Positions 26,464 through 55,804 of a stretch of DNA of 64,000 nucleotides are shown here, piece after piece. Below the pieces are notes generated by a model that did no database searches, was not told where the DNA came from, and worked only from the letters and a program-made list of their open reading frames with translations. Position 1 is the stretch's first letter, and each line of letters starts with the position of its first letter. The stretch covers positions 14,880,001 through 14,944,000 of the forward strand of contig OZ059895.1 of NCBI GenBank assembly GCA_964057225.1, in the 5' to 3' direction. A program made the translations under genes and the position numbers. Origin of the DNA: Auanema rhodensis. Taxonomy: Eukaryota > Animalia > Nematoda.

Positions 26464-29400
26464 ATGAACTCCGGATGTTGTTGTTGTGTCGATCATTTAC
26501 AAAGTAATTTTTTAATTTTTCCTTTTTTTTTATCCTTCAAATGGTCGTAATTAAACTTTTAGTATTTAATGATATTTATTATAAACATGTGCTAAGTATC
26601 CTCGATGACTATAATCTCATACTAATATATTCCAGATGATGGTTGCCTTTCGGTTTTAAATTAAACCATCTAACATTTGTCGATACTCGGTGACGATATA
26701 GCTAAAAGCAGCATCAAACCGAGAATGCGGTACTTAAAAGGTAATTTTTAATTTTCAACTTTGTCCAATTTTACGATTACCGGGATTGTCTGATTAGGGC
26801 TGTTTTATGTGTCTGATGGCTATGATAGTTCATAATTCTTAGCTATAGCACAGCGGATTTCCTTTTCTTTGTCATTTTGTATCTATCGAATCCAGTCTGT
26901 ATATCAATTAGGTATATTATCTCTGTCCATCCAAATTAGGTGATGCTTACTTGATGCGTGCCAAGCCTTCTTAGCCAATCTAGTTAAGTTTCACATTCAT
27001 TTAAATCAGAACTCTACTTTCCTGGCACAGCACAACCACAGCCGCAAAAACAATTTTCGAAATTGAATGTTATATCCAGATGCTATTACGAATAGTATTT
27101 AGCGATATTGCTGGGCAGATCTTCACTATTTGTTTGTCCGGCCTATGTCATCCCGTAAAATGTCATGTATGTTTGAATATCAGATGATCTTAGAGGATCT
27201 TTCTGATTCATCTTCTTTTACATAGGCATTCCCACTTTTTTTTAATATATTTTTCATGCACATTCTATTCTTTCATGCTATAGTGCTGTATATTCATTGT
27301 CTTTCCCACATATCTCCACATATCCTGCAAACATTCGATAGCCAGGTGGTCTGATACGGTTTTCTAAAGAGATTACTCAAGTAACTTGTGACCCGTATCA
27401 CAGTGTGCAGTCCACCTGATAGTTGTGTTTAGACAAGCCACTTGGCGCCATCTTCGATTAAATATTGCTTTCTCCGGTCCATGTTTTCACTCTATTGTCG
27501 GTCTTTCTTGTCAGTTTAAATTTTTATATTTTTCGTAATCTAAAGCTGTGTAACATGTAGAAACATTCTGCTTCAAATGTGCTTAAGAAAATATTATTGC
27601 GAACGCTAGAATGTTTGTGCCAATGAGTCACATTCCTTCTTTGTCTTTCTCAATCCCATACCACTCCTCTCTCTTCCTGTCTTGCTTTCATTGGTCATTC
27701 AACATTCCATATCCTTTGTATCAAATGTCTTATCAATTCCTTTCCCTAAACTGACCGCGTACATACCATATCATGCAAGTTTTTTTCAAGCGGAAGTTGT
27801 TGACAAACGCTCCATGTACCTTATTAAGTTTGTTGTTCTCATCATAGGCCGCAAATCAAATCCGTTGTTGTGCCTTGCGCTTTATTCTCTTTTTTGGTCG
27901 ACCTTGCATCTAAAGGATGGATGCCAGAATAATACCTCGTTAATTTGCCATCACGTATCGCTATGTCCACGTGACCCTCACGAGCCATTCATTGATTTTT
28001 TTCTTTACTCCTTATATGGCATATACCTTGTTTGCTACCCCTAAGTACATTTGATAGCATGCTGCTACACCTATCAAGCTCAATATGTTCGTTTCGATTG
28101 CAAGTATGTCCAGTTCTAATCACGCATTGTGAGTCTTAGTTTTATGTATTTCTGATTATTCTCGTTTCTTGGTTTGACCTCCACTACTTGCCGTGTTCTA
28201 CCTTAGTGGTTTAGGACGCCACCTCAGAAAAACCGTACTTGACCATATTTGCCCGACCGCTGATTTTTCTACAGTTTTTTGCTAAGTTTTAACAAATTAG
28301 AACATGGGATATACGGGTGAGATAGCTGGCTTAGTACTTTCGTACGCTAGCTATTTTTCTCAATGTCAGCTAGTGCGCAATAAGTTGTTGTCAATTTTCT
28401 GTGGATACACTTGTTTTAAAATTAAGCATTTCGCTTAATCTAATTAGTTTGATCGTCTTTAATTCACTTCGCATTTCTCAAAGTTTCTTCATTTACCATC
28501 ATTTCATAAATCAATTCTTCTGGTTTCATAATTATTTGTCTGTATGTATAGAATAAATATTCTGATGTCTTACCTTACCACGAGGGAGCGATTATCATTT
28601 ATGGTGTCATTGATGTTATTATTATTCTTTAACTGCGGTTCTCTATTATATTCTCTATTAATTGACAGTTTTGTTTAGATTTTGACCTTATTACTATATA
28701 TTTAGAACCTTTATTACCTCGTTTTCTCATCTACTTTCATGCCTATATCATCTCTTTTATTTTAATTTATTATCTGAATGCATGAATTGCGTGTTATGTC
28801 GGTAATTCATTTCGTGACTTTGTTCGATCTACACGTTTCTAAGCCACTTAATTCAACTATACTTGTTTAACTGAATTTCTAGTGAAGATTTTTCTTGCGT
28901 ATTTTCATTAAAAAAATATTTTAGCGTCAATGCTAAAACGGAGAGTGACGGTCCATTTTGGAGCTGTCAGGGTAGTTGTTCCATGTCCGGAGGACACATT
29001 AACAGTTCGGGATTTGGCCTCTGCTGCTATACTAAGATACAAAAAAGCAACAGGACGAGTAAGTTCAGCTTTTGATATTTCGTTTCAATGTCGCCCGTGA
29101 CTGTGTGGTTATGGTTGGTTTAATATTCACTTGGTCATTCATTCCCATGTCCATTCTTTGTCCTTTGTTGATAAAATCTCGTGTACATGTGGAGGTACAC
29201 AGAAAGCAAGCGAACAGTCAAAAAGGACTATAGCTGTTATAACCTCGAATGTCGCTTGATTATTGCAGTTTTGATCATAAATATTCAACGTGTATTATAT
29301 TTGCATGTTTCAAAATAGAAATTCTCTCTCTCTTTCAGTTTTCATGCCACAGTTTTGCTTTAGTTGCATACCGCGGTTATGAATTTTTGCGGTCTCACTT

Positions 29401-32400
29401 TCGTCCGCCTTCGTTCTTTTGAAATGTGATAAATTATATAAAATATTTCTTCTCTTTCTTTTGACTAATTCAGTTTCCCGTTAGCGAAGTCGTATTGCAG
29501 TTCCTACTTCAATATGAGCTCAATTTTCTTGTTTTGTTTATTATTTTATATCCTTATTAATTTATTTTTTATTATTGTTCAAACCGAAAATACTAAAATG
29601 GTGGGCCACCTTTAAGCTACGTTTAGACAGCATGTTAGGTTGAGAGAAGGCTAGACTCCAGGTAAACGAAGGTTAACATTGCATCGGGCTATGTGCCGTT
29701 TGTGTGGCCTAGACACACAGACATCATGAAGTCGAACGAAGTATACAGCAACCTAACCATCTACTTCTAGTGTTCCTCACTTCCTTCTCCTCCTCACCTG
29801 CGCATGTACATACAGGGAATTGGATGTACGTGAGGCGGACAGCTAGTCTGAATCAATCAATTTTTTCGTGCTTTATGTTAGTCATAGGCAGCTCTTTAGG
29901 TCTGTTCGTCTTTGCTACTGCTGTCCCTCAAACAACCTGTTGTTTGTGCGAGCCGATTGTCAGATAACTGGTACGAAGTAACTACCGTTTGATGATTTTA
30001 ATTTTCTCATTCTCCGTCTGATCGTCGTACTTTTTCAAAACGGAACCATATATTGCAAGCAGGAGAGCAGCTTTCATATTGCTGAGAGTTTTTGCTAGAA
30101 ACTCGCAGACTTTCTTTGATATCAATACTTGTTTTTCAAGTGTTTGTACTTGCATTCTCTAGTTGTCACACACACAGTTCGCTCTCGTTTGCGGCAATCG
30201 ATTTTCATACGGTTTCTGACGTGATATCCTCTTGCTTTTCTAAAAAAATCTGATAAGATATTTTTCTAATTTTCGCTAAACCTTCTCTTTAGCGGATTAG
30301 TCTATTCTTTCTAGTTGACGCTAAACCGTTCTGATGGCCTTTCGATCCTTAGCGAAATCATTTTATGTTTTTTCTCTGTGAAGGGCATTTTTTTTGCTGC
30401 GAATAGCACCTGGGCGATCAATATGCCTTTTACGTGGTTTGAAAAACAGCTTATGGACTTCTCATTTTTTTCTGAATGCAATCTCCGTCTCACCTACTTT
30501 GATGTTGATCTCGTATTTTCCTTATTTGAAAGAGTTATAGTTTTAGTAATGTTTGGAAAATAGTTCCCATGAATATTTGTCATGACCATGCATTATCAAT
30601 CAACTACAAGTCCGGGCGACTATGTAACGGTGAGTAAACGTTCTTATTGTTTTATATGTAGACGGATTCTGATGTGCGTGTTATGCACATGGAATGCCTT
30701 CGAGATGGAGGTATATTAGACATGGATGATCGTCTAGTAGAGGTTTTTGATGAGGCAACAGATCAGGTATGATAAGCTTCAAGTTGTTGTATGTGTAAAC
30801 AATTTTAAACATTTGTTTAAGCTGGTTATAAACTATATAAATATTGTTTTGTTATTTATAACTTAGATACTAACATGATTTTTGATTTTCTTTCTAGATT
30901 CTTGCGATTTATGACGAACAATCCCCTAATGGTAGCGATGAACCGGGGACAAATTACCAAGTTCTATCATCTCCATATCCTAATTATTCATCTCCAGCTG
31001 GATCCTCGACTCATTCCAACAACTTCCCTTCCAGTAGAATGACTAGCTCTTCCTCCATAACCACATGTAATGTGAATTATCCGTTAACAAATTCTTCTTC
31101 AATGGATATGGGTATGATGCGAAGAACATTGCCAAATGGCCGATCACCTTATGTGCATCCAATGCACGAAAGTATGATCGAAATGCCTAATATTGAGTCA
31201 ATACCAAGTATGTTTTTCTTACATATACTGCTTTTCATATTGTTTTTTAAAGCTAAAGCACTGCGAGTTTCACCACCGTGCGACGCGCGTCCTGGAGTAT
31301 CGTCTTCCTCATCCGGTAGTGAAGTCACTTCACCACCTATTCGCTCCTCTCTCCGCTCAGAAACTGCCACTCCTAGCAAGCATCGTGTTACGATGAGTCC
31401 AGGTGTGATATTTGCCTAATGGAGCAATGAAATTTTTAAAATTGTTCAGAAGTGGAGAAACGAATAGCGGAAAATTCAGAGAGAGATGGTCGGTTAACAC
31501 GTTCATCAGCTCGCAAATCTAGGATTAGTGATACATTTTTTGAGGCTAAGGTATTTCATTAATTATTTCGTTTTCTATTTACTAAAACTATAGGATCGTT
31601 TGGATGAGATGCAACAATCAACGAGTTCTATTAGATCTTTCAATTCTACGCGTCGTTTGCCTTTAATAAGTTGCGTTGATGATCCTGAAAAGACGATCAT
31701 TACTCTTCCTGATGATGATAAGAACAGCTTAGGTATTGAGGTATGTCATTGATGATCTCTGTGTATTTATTATATTATGTTAATTTGAAGGTTATCGGAA
31801 TCTTTGAAGATCCCAGTACGAATACTGGACGACTTTCTGCCGTGCAAATCATTCGAATTGATTCTAACGGCCGAGTCGGTCGAGACGGTCGCCTTGTAGC
31901 AGGTGATAACATAGTTTCAATTGACGGAAGACCCGTTTATCAGGTGGGAGTACTTGAATGAATATATATTTATCTCCGTTTTTCTTAGATGTCCGTTTTT
32001 CGAGCGCGAGCTTATTTGAACGATCTCAGTATAAAGCCGGCACCAACCTTGACTATTGCTCGAGCAAAAGAGCATTTTCACTCAGATGACGATGAAAAAG
32101 ATAAGAAGCGAAATGAGTTGTTGTCCTCTCAGAAAAAGCCGATTTTGTCCGCTTTGCAACAGGCTAACACGTCACAGGCTCTCGGACAGAATAGTAGTGT
32201 ACAGCTAACGAAAAGTGATTTTTTTGACCGAGTATTTGATGTTAATACGACGCTTTTCAGGCAATAACGGTTTCGGCTTCACTGTTACCGGTAGAGAAAC
32301 GACCAAAGGGGAACGATTATTTTATATAGGAACCGTGAAACCAAATGGAGTTGCATTAGGTCATTTGAGAGCTGGGGACCGTTTATTACAGGTTTTTTCT

Positions 32401-35400
32401 TTTTGATGTTTCAACAGCTAATATATAAATTTCTAGATAAACGGAGATCTTACATCTGATATGACCCAATCGGAAGTTGTAGAAAGGCTGAAGAAATCCG
32501 CTATTGGCGAAACGGTTGAATTCATAGTGTCTCGAGTAGCTGACGAAAACAAGGAGAACAACGGTATTCAATCCGCAAATTCGAGTGCAGTACATCATCA
32601 TTCACCCGAACCTCTATCTCCTGTTCATTTGAAGGTATTGTTTTCTTTTAAAAGTATTGAAACAAAGACAATTGTTATTCAGGGAACATGTGATATCGAT
32701 GAATTGAAGTTTGAAGTTCCTTTAAATAGCACTGGAAGCGCTGGATTAGGTGTTAGTCTAAAGGCCAGAGTTACAGTGAAAAGCGATAAAAGTCGACATG
32801 ATTGTGGTATTTTTATTAAAAGTGTAAGTTTTCTATTTTAGAATAGTTCTCTCTCCTTTCCGATGAAAAAACGCGACATCATGCAAAACGTGAACTTCCA
32901 CGTCACGCGTCAATTTTGCAAATATTTTGATTTTCAAAGTAGTTCTAATTTTATCTGCTTTGATCGTTCTAAGATATTATTAGCCGCAAGATACACAAGT
33001 TATTGATATTTTTTTCAGGTTTTGCATAATGGTGCTGCTTTCAAAGATGGTCGATTACGGGTAGATGATCGCATCATAGGAATAGAAGAACTTAATTTAA
33101 TCGGCATGACTAACAGTTCAGCTGGTGATGCTGTAACTCGCAGATTGAAAGCAATTGACCCTTCATGCAAAAGTGTGACGTATGTATATATTTTCTTTAT
33201 ATTTATTATTTATCTCGCTATTTCAGTCTTATTGTTCATAGGAAGGTAACATCTGATAGCGAAGAAATACTCACGATTCCATCGTTACGTGAAAGTTCTT
33301 CTGAAGGAGATAAACGTTCTTCTACAGCTAGTGAACAGCCAAGGTTTTCATTAAGGTTTATTGATAGAAGTTTACCTCTTGTTTAGCATTTGTAGACTTG
33401 ATGAATCAGAACTGGCTAGTTGTGATCCATTTGATCGTGAAGCTCCAACTAGGAAGAGTATGAGTGAAAAAAGAGGAATGGGTGCTTCTCTAGATCCCAA
33501 TCATTTGAAGTTATTCCAAGAAATCAAGCACCAACGACAGTCTAGTGGTAAGTATAATTAGCGTTTATCAATGGCTTTAACCTTCGCTGCTTTACCCCAT
33601 TGTTACTATTCAGCTCCTCCACCTTCCCTTACCTCCTCCTCATCCTTTCATGGTCATGCTCAGCAGCGTTCCGCTTCTCAGCGAGCTGCTGCTAGAGCAC
33701 GCAGTCAATCTGTTCATCCTCGTGAAGTTAACCCCTCTAAGTCTGCTTCTAGACCACATGTTTCCATTAAAGGTTAGTGTACATGTCATGCGCTTTTCCC
33801 TTTTCTTTTTTTTTCCAAATTTATCTTTTAACTTATTTTTCATATTAACTTTAGAGCCTTCTAAGCGACGATCACTTAGTGTTGAAAGTCTCAACGTTGC
33901 ACCTAATGGTGATGCTCGAATTGGCCAATTGACACAATTAAATCGCAGTCGTCAGGCTGACATTGATGATTTTTATGGTATATTTCGTACAGAAGTTCTA
34001 TTTTTGAATTGTCTCATTTTTAGCTTCATCTCCTCACCCATTTCCACCAGGTTCTCCTGTCGTTGTGGTACCAAGACAATCGGCAATTAACAAAGAACGT
34101 CAAAGAAGAAAAAGTGTTGGAAGGTAAAAATTTACACAAATTACATTTTTTCTCATGAATCGTTCTTTATTTTCCTTTTCATTTCTTTTTCTTCTTAGTA
34201 CTATGAAGAGTTGGTTCGGGTTTGGAAGTAAATCACGCGATTCTTCTCCCGAAAAAGGCTTTGACCGTGAACGTGAAAGGAGAGAGAAAGAAGATATGCG
34301 CAGGTTTGTAAATTATTTCTCAGTCTATATCTATGGATTCTGTTTCTAGAGTTCAAGAACATTATGATCGTGCTCGCCGAGAGGATGAGATGAGCAGATC
34401 TCATGGCACTCCTAATGCTACAAGACGAGATCAGCAAATGTACCAAATGTATTCAGGCGATCATCCTTATCAGGTATGCTATTCGAACTTATTTATCAGC
34501 ATGAACACTTGAAGTAATTTTTTAAAAATACTTTATTTTCATGGCATTATGTACTTCTTGGGTTTTAATTATTATTTGCGTGTAACATATTTATGATGAT
34601 CGTAATTCCATTATTATTTTAATGAGTGTGTGATGCTTTGTTTTTCTGTTAAATTTTTTTATCTGATCAAAATATTTTCTCTTGGCATGTCTTGATTCGT
34701 TTACAGTCGCCGCCTCCGAGTAAGCCTCTGATTTTAACTAATTCTCGGTTCTACACCTCCGGTCAGACGGCTAGGTATAGCTATTTTGGTTTAAATTAAA
34801 TCCTACCTATGTGCATGATTCCTATCCTTTCCCTAGTTTTATCCTCTGATTTACGGATTGTTTGCATGTGCGATCGGGCCTAGTTACCGTTCGATCGAGA
34901 TGTTTTGCTTCTCTTTCCTGCATGTCTTCTATCGCATTTGTCCTTTTTTGCTTTTAATTTTCCCTTATTCAGAACACCATCTCAAGCTACCACGACTACG
35001 AACTGGTCGACAGATTCCAAGCTCATCGATACCCTGATGGGCCTTCCGTTATCCGACCAACCTCCCATCATCCCGCCACGCCTCCCCCAGCCTACCATTA
35101 CGCCCTACCCAGGTAAGCTACTGAAATCAACGCGTAAAGAACAGTTATTGAATCCAGTTCCAAGTCGTACCACGGGTCGACCTCCGGCGCCAGCCCAATC
35201 CATCCCGGTTACGGTAGTGAACGAACACCGGTCAACCGACGAGCTGCCGCCCCGGACTATTACCACATGTTCAACTCGTGGTTCGCATACAGCGGAGGAG
35301 GTGGAGTTGGCGCGGCCCCCTCCATTAAGGTTTAACACAAAATAAAATTGAGTGTTGTTTATTCCATAACTACAGGCAGCGTATGGAAATTCCAATCGCC

Positions 35401-35938
35401 CAGCCATTAATAGGCCGGAAGCCTCCGCTTCCAGATCCTGGTCAAGATCAGTACCGTCGAATTCTGCCATATATGCTCCCCCAACAGAACCTTCTCAACT
35501 CTACTCTCGCTTTTCCAACTACTAGGTAGGTGTTTCAAACATTATGGTAAATTCGTTAATGATTTCAGGTTTGCTCTTGCCGGAACGTCTAGCGGTTCTC
35601 CATCCCCATCTTACGAACGACTATCACTACGAGCGCGAAAAAAAATGCGCAGAGCTGTTCAGTCAGAAAGTTTTGACATTCCTAGTCCCTCCGTTACAAC
35701 ACCTACAAGCAGGTATCCCTCTCATAACCAAAGTCCGGCTTCAATCCCAAAGCGACATGTCATTCAACCAGCTCAAGATTATCAAAAAAACGCTTACTCT
35801 CCTGATACTAGCCAAGGCTATCTATACGCCTATAATACATGGCGTACACAAGCTGGTACTAGTCTTCCATCTCGAGGGCCTCGTGTTATGCGAGGTAAGG
35901 TGACTCCAAATATATTCGAATCTGCTACAGATTGTTAA
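26464..35938 (+). CDS. par-3: PAR-3/Bazooka polarity scaffold (CR1, 3 PDZ, aPKC-binding CR3); core CDS 28930-35525, with alternative N- and C-termini extending to 26464 and 35938
   Basis: CR1 RRVTVHFGAVRVVVPC...DGGILDMDD; PDZ motifs GRVGRDGRLVAGDNI, GFGFTVTGRE, GSAGLGVSLK, GAAFKDGRLRVDDRI; CR3 FDREAPTRKSMSEKRGMG; RRSLSVESL; nematode-type tail DYYHMFNSWFAYSGGGGVGAAP. Confidence 0.96.
34707..34774 (+). other. par-3: par-3 68-nt frame-switching cassette exon (SPPPSKPLILTNSRFYTSGQTA-R)
   Basis: TTTACAG acceptor and AG|GTATAG donor; open in phase 0 from the upstream exon; length not a multiple of 3; lies in an unusually long intron (34474-34972). Confidence 0.75.
34812..34924 (+). promoter_or_regulatory. 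Cluster of three RBFOX-family (FOX-1/ASD-1) splicing elements TGCATG downstream of the par-3 cassette exon
   Basis: TGCATG at 34812-34817, 34863-34868 and 34919-34924 within a 198-nt intron, plus GCATG at 34685-34689 upstream of the exon. Confidence 0.7.
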
Positions 35939-36555
35939 ATAACTTATTCACCTTGTGCCATTTATATATTATCATTTTTTCCGTGTACATTTTGAGTTAT
36001 ATCATGTAAATCTGTGAGAAATGATGTTATTAGCATCATTACAATACATATTATAAATAGCAAATGACCGTTTTGGTATTCTCTACGCCATTTACCGTTT
36101 TATACCCAGTCTTCGTGACATTCTTCTCATAAAATTTCTCGAACATCGACAAATAGACTCAAGTTGTTGAGAAAGCATGGCTTTCATCCAACTTGTCTCA
36201 TATATATATATATATATATTCTATATATCTAAGTTTTCAAGTTTTCATTCTCCACCTGTGAATTATGTAAGCCTTATATATTCACTTTGAAATATTTTAT
36301 TAAGAGATCACTTTGAAATTATTTTGTTTTTGTGTTCTTTTCCTCCTCCCATTCAGACTGTTGATAATATTGATGATTTATATCATATTGTGCCGCGCAT
36401 GTACTAGGGAACGTGAAGAAGTAAAATCTAATTATATTATTCATTTGATTTTTCGAAAATTAAATACATTTCTTCAATATTTATTAAAGTTTATGTTTGA
36501 ATATCTGCTCTCTGATCTGGGCTATACACTTTGATCATAGCATTCCATGCTGCTG

Positions 36556-38545
36556 CTATTTGATTTGTGAATTGCTTCCGGATAACCTTCTGAACTTTTT
36601 TAATAATGGAGTATGAAAGACCCGAGAAACAGACCTTTGTATTCTGAATTTTCTCATATGAGTTAGCTGTGGAGTTGGGCTACCATAGTATGATCCTGCT
36701 AGATAAGGAAGGGAAGTTTTCTGGAAGTGAAGGGTGGAGTATGACGACGAAAAGATCAGAACTGAGCAAACTCACATCTTCCATAACCATAAAAAGGAAA
36801 GGTTTATCTAATCGTATTGAGTATAGATCTATTCCTTTATGACAGATCATGTCTGGCCGTAATATGTAGCAATTTTGATTTTTTTGCCTTCAATAGTTAT
36901 CTCTCAAGTAAGCATGAAAGCAGAGATTCTAGTAGAAACAACAGTACCTGATTTTTTCCAAAATTCGCTTATATCTTCATTGACTTGAAGAGAAAACTTG
37001 GGCATGAGTATACTCTCAGTTTTAGCCTAACATGTAATATCTTTCATATGAATTTAGAACGAAATAGCCTATCTAACCTTAGAAACTTTAAGGTTATCTA
37101 GTAAGTCTACAAGTTTTTGTGTAGTTAATGTACAGGACATATCTATCAATCCTCCAAGGCTATTAGGCCGTATGATAATGAGTGAAAATTTGTGATTTGA
37201 TTGAGTGCTCAGAGGAACAGCAAAGATCTGAATCAAACATGATACATTAATTTGGTTGATAATTCCTTCTACCTCCATATCATGCTTTTGAAATCTTCGA
37301 AATTTTCCTTGAAGTTCGAAATAAGTTTGCATTCGAACTATGCTGTATGACGAAGCAAACGGAGAAGGCTTCACTTTACGAACCTACAAACATTATTTGT
37401 AGGTTTTCACGTGTTTGAAAGAAAACAGCCTGTCTGCTCTCATGTGTATAAACCTGGATATCATCCCAAAAAGCTCGAATCCCTGCTGAGCAATAGATGG
37501 CAGTTTGTGTTATAGCATTTCCTGGGCCGATCAAAAAGCCTCCGGATAAAAGGCTCAAATATCTTGAGACGCGTGATGTTGCGCATGAAATGATTGTCTA
37601 AATTTGGATGCTGAAGAACAATACACATAAGCATATAGAGAATTTGAATGATTGAGAGTATGAATCGAGCTTGCTGAAGACGAGAAGGTCCAAAAATGGC
37701 GCCCGTCGGCTATTTGCACTTCAAAACTACCTCTTCTTGAAGAATTTCTTTCATTACTTCCAGAATTCTTGAAGATATGCTCATGTCCGGATTTTGATCA
37801 ATTATTAGTCGGAATATGTTGAAACATTCACGTGAAGGTATCGAATATCTTAGAGTTGTACGAGATTTTATACCTACAAATAGACAAGTTTTGTTCAAAG
37901 TTCTAAAGTGCATTATGTAAACTTTGCTTTGTAACCTCATATATTGGGAATATTTGTGTTAACATTTCTGATTTATCTTTATCCATTTCAATCAATAATA
38001 GATACAATGCCAATGTAGACATTGGACAGAAAAGCTATAACTTCATTTAATCATTAAGTTTTTATATAGAAGCATTAATTAAAAAACTTGATTTAGTTGA
38101 TTCAATGGCGGTAAACAAGGTGATGAAAATGATTCAGCTATCCATCTAAAATAAACTATTTTTTTTTGAAACCTAATTGAATGTTGTTATCAGATATATA
38201 TGAGAAGAAAAAGTTTGAACCTTTCCATTGGCCTATCATCATTGGATAAGCTTTTCTTCATCTGTGTATTATCATTTGAAAGATTTACTACTATCTGACT
38301 TCTATTATGTATTATGCTAGCTGTCTGTAGTATTTATTAGAAATAATTAATTATATATTTGATATTTTACCGTTGCACATAGTTTATTGATGATGCGTTC
38401 AGCTGATCTAGATAACGGTCGTCGAATCTTTCTCATAATTGTTTCATCAGTTGCAGTTTCTAAAGTTCAAATGGCTTCACATTCTTATCCGTGTCATTCA
38501 TATCAAACTATTCTTTTTTGATTTTTCCATCTTTTTTGAATTCAT
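36556..38545 (-). CDS. Divergent serpin-fold protein, probably non-inhibitory (boundaries approximate)
   Basis: Spliced fragments NQLFCPMSTLALYLLL (cf. N.ffSP.si..al), FSLIIIRPNS, ILMPKFSLQVNEDISEFWKKS and RLDKPFLFMVMED|KTSLPYLAGSYYGSP match serpin consensus blocks in the correct order. The start and one internal splice are uncertain. Confidence 0.65.
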
Positions 38546-39040
38546 CTCTCAATTTCTTGATTTTCGTTTCAGAATTATAACCATCGCCAGCGTTTTACAC
38601 TTCAAAATTGCTTTCACGTGGTACGTGAACACTAAAACGTGTAATTATCATAATATTCTAATTAATGTGTATTATTATTTTCAGTAATTTTAAAATAAAC
38701 AAACAAACAAAACATTAAATGACACAAAAAAAATGTTTATTTCAAATAAATTAGCAAAAATAATTGATAATGTGGTGGGTTGGCTCACATGAGCATGAGA
38801 AGCGAGAAGAAAATATACCGGTTTTCCATAAGATTCTCTATTCAGAAGACAGACTGTTGTTTAGCTTTGAATGTTTTGGCAAATTATTTTAATTTTATAT
38901 TTTGGCAATATATAGATCAACAGGGAAAAAAAATATATATATATATGTGAAGATATATGTGATTAAAGAGCAAAATATATGATATTTGTATATTAATTAT
39001 ATTAATTATATAATATATATTATATATTATATATATAGCA

Positions 39041-55804
<16,764 letters not shown>

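Noticed and set aside
35105-35470. 121-aa antisense ORF over the par-3 dual-coded exons
   Set aside because: It runs across sense-strand introns and is explained as a shadow of GC-rich coding sequence.
35544-35903. A third long open frame over the last par-3 exon
   Set aside because: No splice route found that reaches this frame, and the peptide has no recognisable features.
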